Origin: Anthoceros angustus
Taxonomy: Eukaryota > Plantae > Anthocerotophyta
NCBI GenBank assembly: GCA_010909165.1
Contig: VJWM01000016.1
Span: forward strand, 744,001 to 808,000
Length of the DNA: 64,000 nt
Direction of reading: 5' to 3'
Part shown: positions 60,301 through 64,000 of the stretch, piece by piece
How positions within the stretch are numbered: the stretch's first letter is position 1
Layout: the number at the start of each line of letters is the position of its first letter
Translations under genes and position numbers: made by a program
Notes under the pieces: generated by a model
What the model saw: only the letters and a program-made list of their open reading frames with translations
Told to the model about the DNA's origin: nothing
Databases searched by the model: none

Positions 60301-62983
60301 GATTCTGTTGATACAGCCAAAACTCTGGTTGTGTCAGCCTGTACAGAGAGCAATGATGCAAGTGAATCAATCTCAGACAGCTCTTCCGATGTCCAGTCCT
60401 GTGGCAGGTCTGAAGATATTCTTGAGTCTGGGCTTTCTGATACCCATGCAGGTAGTCGACGTGATATCACAGTTCCTTCTATCCCCTCAAATCCACTTGT
60501 GGTTGCTTCTATCGCCCTGACAGCTGTGCATCACATTTCCCAAGCTATTAAAGCACTAAGATGGCAACGTAAACTTGAAGATGTTGGTACACAGGGTAGC
60601 ACTGGAGCTGATGACAAGGTGTGTTTGTCCTGCAATTTTTCTGGCCAAGCAAAGGGCCATCAGCAAATGACGGTTTGCGTTTGTGGGGACATTGACTGCA
60701 TACCACTTTGCGATATAAGGGATGCAGAGTTAGGGTACAGAATGGATCACAAACTATGGCGGCTGGTACTGCTACTGGGGGAGTCATATCTAGCACTTGG
60801 ACGAGCCTACAAGGATGCTGGTGAGCTTGCTCTGGCTTTAAGAGCTGCAGAGTTAGCTTGTTTGATCCGAAGTTGCATTCCACAACGTTCTGTGGAGGTG
60901 AACAGCAAGTTGGATACGCAATCAAAGGGTGGTGCTGCCAATGGGTATAGGAGGAGTAAAAGCAAGAACAAATGTCTGGAGAAGCAGGCAGACTCTGATA
61001 CGTTCCTTGACGACATTGCGCTGCAAGAACGGCCTGGAAAGGGCTTGTTCTGGGGCCAGTTGTGGATGTTCATCGGCGATGTGTTTGTGGAAAGGCAAAG
61101 GTCTGCAAGTCTACCAGGCGTATCAGCTCAGCGGGAAACGCTAGCCCCTGGTGAGTTGAAAGTCATTCAGGATGTAGCCAAAGAGGTAAACCGGCTGAAG
61201 AAAAGAATGGACCTTTCGAAGCGGAACTGTAGTCTTTGTAGTCTAACCAGTTGTACCTGCCAAAGTGATAGAGTTGAAAGTGGGAATAGTGCTAGCTGCA
61301 GTTCTAGCATCAAAGGAGAAGTTCCCAGATTCTCTTTGAGGGCAGGGAAAAGGGTTGCAGCCAAGAATAGAAAACCCAGGGATATTCCAGGTCGAAGTGA
61401 GGATAATAAGAGCAACTGTGAACAGATCGTGAGAGATGCACACGAAGTTCACCACTCTTCTGATGGGAGGATCATAGACAAGTCTGATAATCCTTGCGAA
61501 TCTTCAAGCAAGTTAGATATGCCCTCTCAAAAGGACGACAATCTACCTCTGATATGCGCCAGTGTGGGTGACATGTGTCCTTACTTGAGACGGCCCATGA
61601 CAGATGATTGGGAGTCCAACCTTTTAGCATCGGTCGACTGTTACAGATCAGCTGTGCTTGCATTTCAAGGTTATTCTGAATGTGATAAGGAAATGGAGAA
61701 CGCTTTCAGGAAGAAAGGTTGGGCAGCTAATGAGCTAGGACGCAAAAGGCTTCAGCTTGGGAATGTGAAGTCTGCTGAAGAGTCGTTCCTGGTGGCTGTT
61801 GAGGCGTTTGTTGAAGTCAAAGATTTCACCAATGTGGTTCTTGTTCACTGCAACTTAGGTCACGCACACAGGGCGTCTGCTGAGAATGTTGTGTTGCAAT
61901 TGACACGTTGGGAACAGAGCAACAGTCTACTGCAGCAAAGCATCCTGCCCCAAGCTGTTGATCATGCGAAGACTCTTTACCTGGAATCCCTGCGGGAATA
62001 TAACCTTGCCAGGCAGGAGTTGAATAAGGCGAGAGACCACATTGAAGTTGGCTTGCGGAATGAGGTTCACACACAGCTAGCGCACACATATTTAAAGCTT
62101 GGTATGCTCTTGTCCAAGGAAGAGAAACTTGGTCTTGATGGCACAGTCGAGCCACTGTCATTTGAGTTGCCGAAGACTGATATGTCCAGGGACAATAAAG
62201 GCAGTGGGAAGAAGAGCAGTTTGTCAGCAAGGGATATGATAACGAAAGCTCTAGTGCTGTACCAGTCTTTGGGAGATCTTCGTCTGCAGGAGGCCGCATT
62301 TGCACAATTTCAACTCGCATGCCATGAGAGGGACTGTTGCATCAGGAGTATGGCCAGCCAAGGGGAACAGCATGTGCATCAGAAGGTGGAGGGGGCCAGT
62401 TTGCAAGCAGGGAAGCGTCACGCATCCCTTTCAGAGCTTTATTGGGAGAAAGCTTTAGAATTCTATAGACCTGACACTCACTGCGACATGTTTCTGGAGA
62501 TCTTAATGCAAAGATCAGCTCTCTGCTTACATATGGCACCTTTGACTCACCCCAACGCAGTAAGTGCCCGCGCCCTACGCTCCTTATGCATAGAGTAGAC
62601 AAGCGCCTGCCATTTTATTCTTTTGTTCTCGTCTTACATTCTCATCTTGGTGACAGGTGCTGGACATGGCTTTCACACACCTGCTTGAAGGAAGAAGGAA
62701 TACTTCCAAATCACGGGACACAGAGGGGAGGCGAGGCCAACCTTCACCCGCTGTATACACAACATTCGTCGACCAGCTGCGTGCTGTGCTGAAAAAGATG
62801 TTAGCAGTGGCTATCAAGCATTCTGGCAACTCCACCCGACGCACTGACAGCAACACCGGAGGAGCTTCTGTAACCACCCCGAGAGGAGGAGCGAACGTCA
62901 TCAAGGTGAAGGAAGTATACAGACATGCGCTCGAGAAGGAACCCGACTTCCAGACTTTGTACACCCTGTGGACGACAAACTAA
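57360..62983 (+). CDS. EDRF1: Erythroid differentiation-related factor 1-like protein (At1g35660-like), multi-exon
   Basis: APRYRRL..TDLN, IVGPVDILKQIFKTPYSKARLSVGVHRIGQTLVL, FLRVLFWEFEHMRMMLGSDLLVF, WLDAWLDNVMASVPELAVFYHEKGVVQGY and NCKQDPGSYW match my recollection of the family. One exon of about 2.5 kb; stop at 62983. Confidence 0.88.
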
Positions 62984-63114
62984 CATTCACGAGCCCCGGA
63001 CTCTGTTCAATGTAATATGATGCAATCAAGAACGCGTCATGTTGATGTAGATTACTCCTCTATGCGTGAAAAGCGGCCGAAATGCAAATCGAACCGTGAT
63101 GTATATATGTGCAG

Positions 63115-63147
63115 GTGGCTGCAGCGCTGTGACGGCGCTGCAGCCAC
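63115..63147. other. Perfect 13-bp inverted repeat with a 7-nt loop (GTGGCTGCAGCGC-N7-GCGCTGCAGCCAC)
   Basis: Arms at 63115-63127 and 63135-63147 are exact reverse complements. Confidence 0.85.
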
Positions 63148-63707
63148 TAGATGTGTATCCAGGGAATCTGCAGGGACTGTACCCTAATGTGAAAAACCCT
63201 TGCCTGGATGCATGGAATCTGGATGACGAATTTGAGGTCTGCTTCTGTAGTCAGAATGGTGGCGGCATCGGAGTTCAATCGGATGTCCACGCTGGAGACG
63301 GCGCAGCAAGCCGGTGTGTAGAGCACAATGGTGCAGGTTAGCTCGCGGACGCCACTGTTGCATCTCCTTCGCGACAGCTGAAGAGCGATATGCCAGTGTT
63401 GCTGAGGAGGCTGCCGTTTCGAAGAGGAAGAGTTGCTTTGATGGATTTGTCGGGAACCTGGTCGAAGTCAGCATCCCTGTACCTGCCGCTGCCTCGGTTT
63501 GCTTCAGCTTCCAGCTCGACTTCGCAAGCAGGCACAAGGTTTACAGCACCGCGAGCTTCGCAACGCGAAAGCGTCTTGGACCGTCCACTGGTTTTCAACA
63601 TTGTGCAGGAGAAAGTGACCCCGTGGTCAAGCTCTCGCCCGGCCTCTCAACCCATTCCACCCCTTTCGCCGCGGCACATTCGTTGCTGGAATCTGTGGCA
63701 GCTGGAC

Positions 63708-63775
63708 GGCCTTTCTCTTGAGCAGATAGAGGTAGGCCTTTCTCTTGAGCAGATAGAGGTAGGCCTTTCTCTTGA
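63708..63775. repeat. 27-bp tandem repeat, 2.5 copies (GGCCTTTCTCTTGAGCAGATAGAGGTA)
   Basis: Copies begin at 63708, 63735 and 63762 (partial). Confidence 0.9.
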
Positions 63776-64000
63776 ACGGACAGAGATAGGTGAATAGCTG
63801 ATGGCCTGTTTGGCTCTGTTGCAAGCTATGTTCTTGACAGTCAGGTGTTAGGTTTTCGGGGTATGTTGGTGACGGACGGGGCTTTATGTATGTGTGTGTG
63901 TGCAACAGAAGAAGCTCCATATCAAGAAGGAGACCATTTTCAACCATCTTGTTATCTGCATCAAGAACGGGATTCGAATCGATTGGGTTGATATATGTAA

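Noticed and set aside
18408-63775. Tandem repeats as CRISPR-like arrays
   Set aside because: None has unique spacers between repeats, no cas genes are present, and the DNA is eukaryotic.
63000-64000. ORFs on both strands at the right edge
   Set aside because: No recognisable domain, and they are partly generated by the 27-bp repeat. A gene continuing beyond the window cannot be excluded.

Overview
Eukaryotic nuclear DNA from a land plant. Introns are short (about 70-110 bp GT-AG) and the Aux/IAA is bryophyte-like, so a non-seed plant such as a hornwort is the best guess (inference only). There are two gene-dense blocks around a transposon island at about 17.4-32.9 kb. Genes from left to right: the 3' part of a P-class PPR gene resembling Arabidopsis PDM3/At5g39980 (+); a spliced gene for a bacterial-style protein with two retropepsin-like aspartyl protease lobes (-); an unidentified coiled-coil gene (+); Mediator subunit MED13 (-); plastoglobule M48 metallopeptidase PGM48 (+); acyl-activating enzyme AAE17/18 ending in a PTS1-like SSL (-); a canonical Aux/IAA repressor (-) with four TGTCGG elements upstream; Mediator subunit MED8 with patterned polyQ (-); LDIP (-); and an EDRF1-like gene (+). 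The island holds a 12-bp G-rich minisatellite, a decayed Ty3/gypsy gag-protease remnant, and a full-length chromodomain Ty3/gypsy element (24142-30921) with both LTRs, PBS, PPT, an ATCTT target-site duplication and an internal ~0.8 kb duplication of the protease region. No tRNA, rRNA or CRISPR array was recognised. The best leads are the twin-lobe bacterial-type protease, the clustering of auxin-response genes (Aux/IAA, MED8, MED13, AAE17/18), and an indel pattern suggesting the chromovirus is younger and more intact than its frameshifts imply. Family assignments are from memory of the Arabidopsis proteins, not from database searches. Some exon boundaries are approximate.
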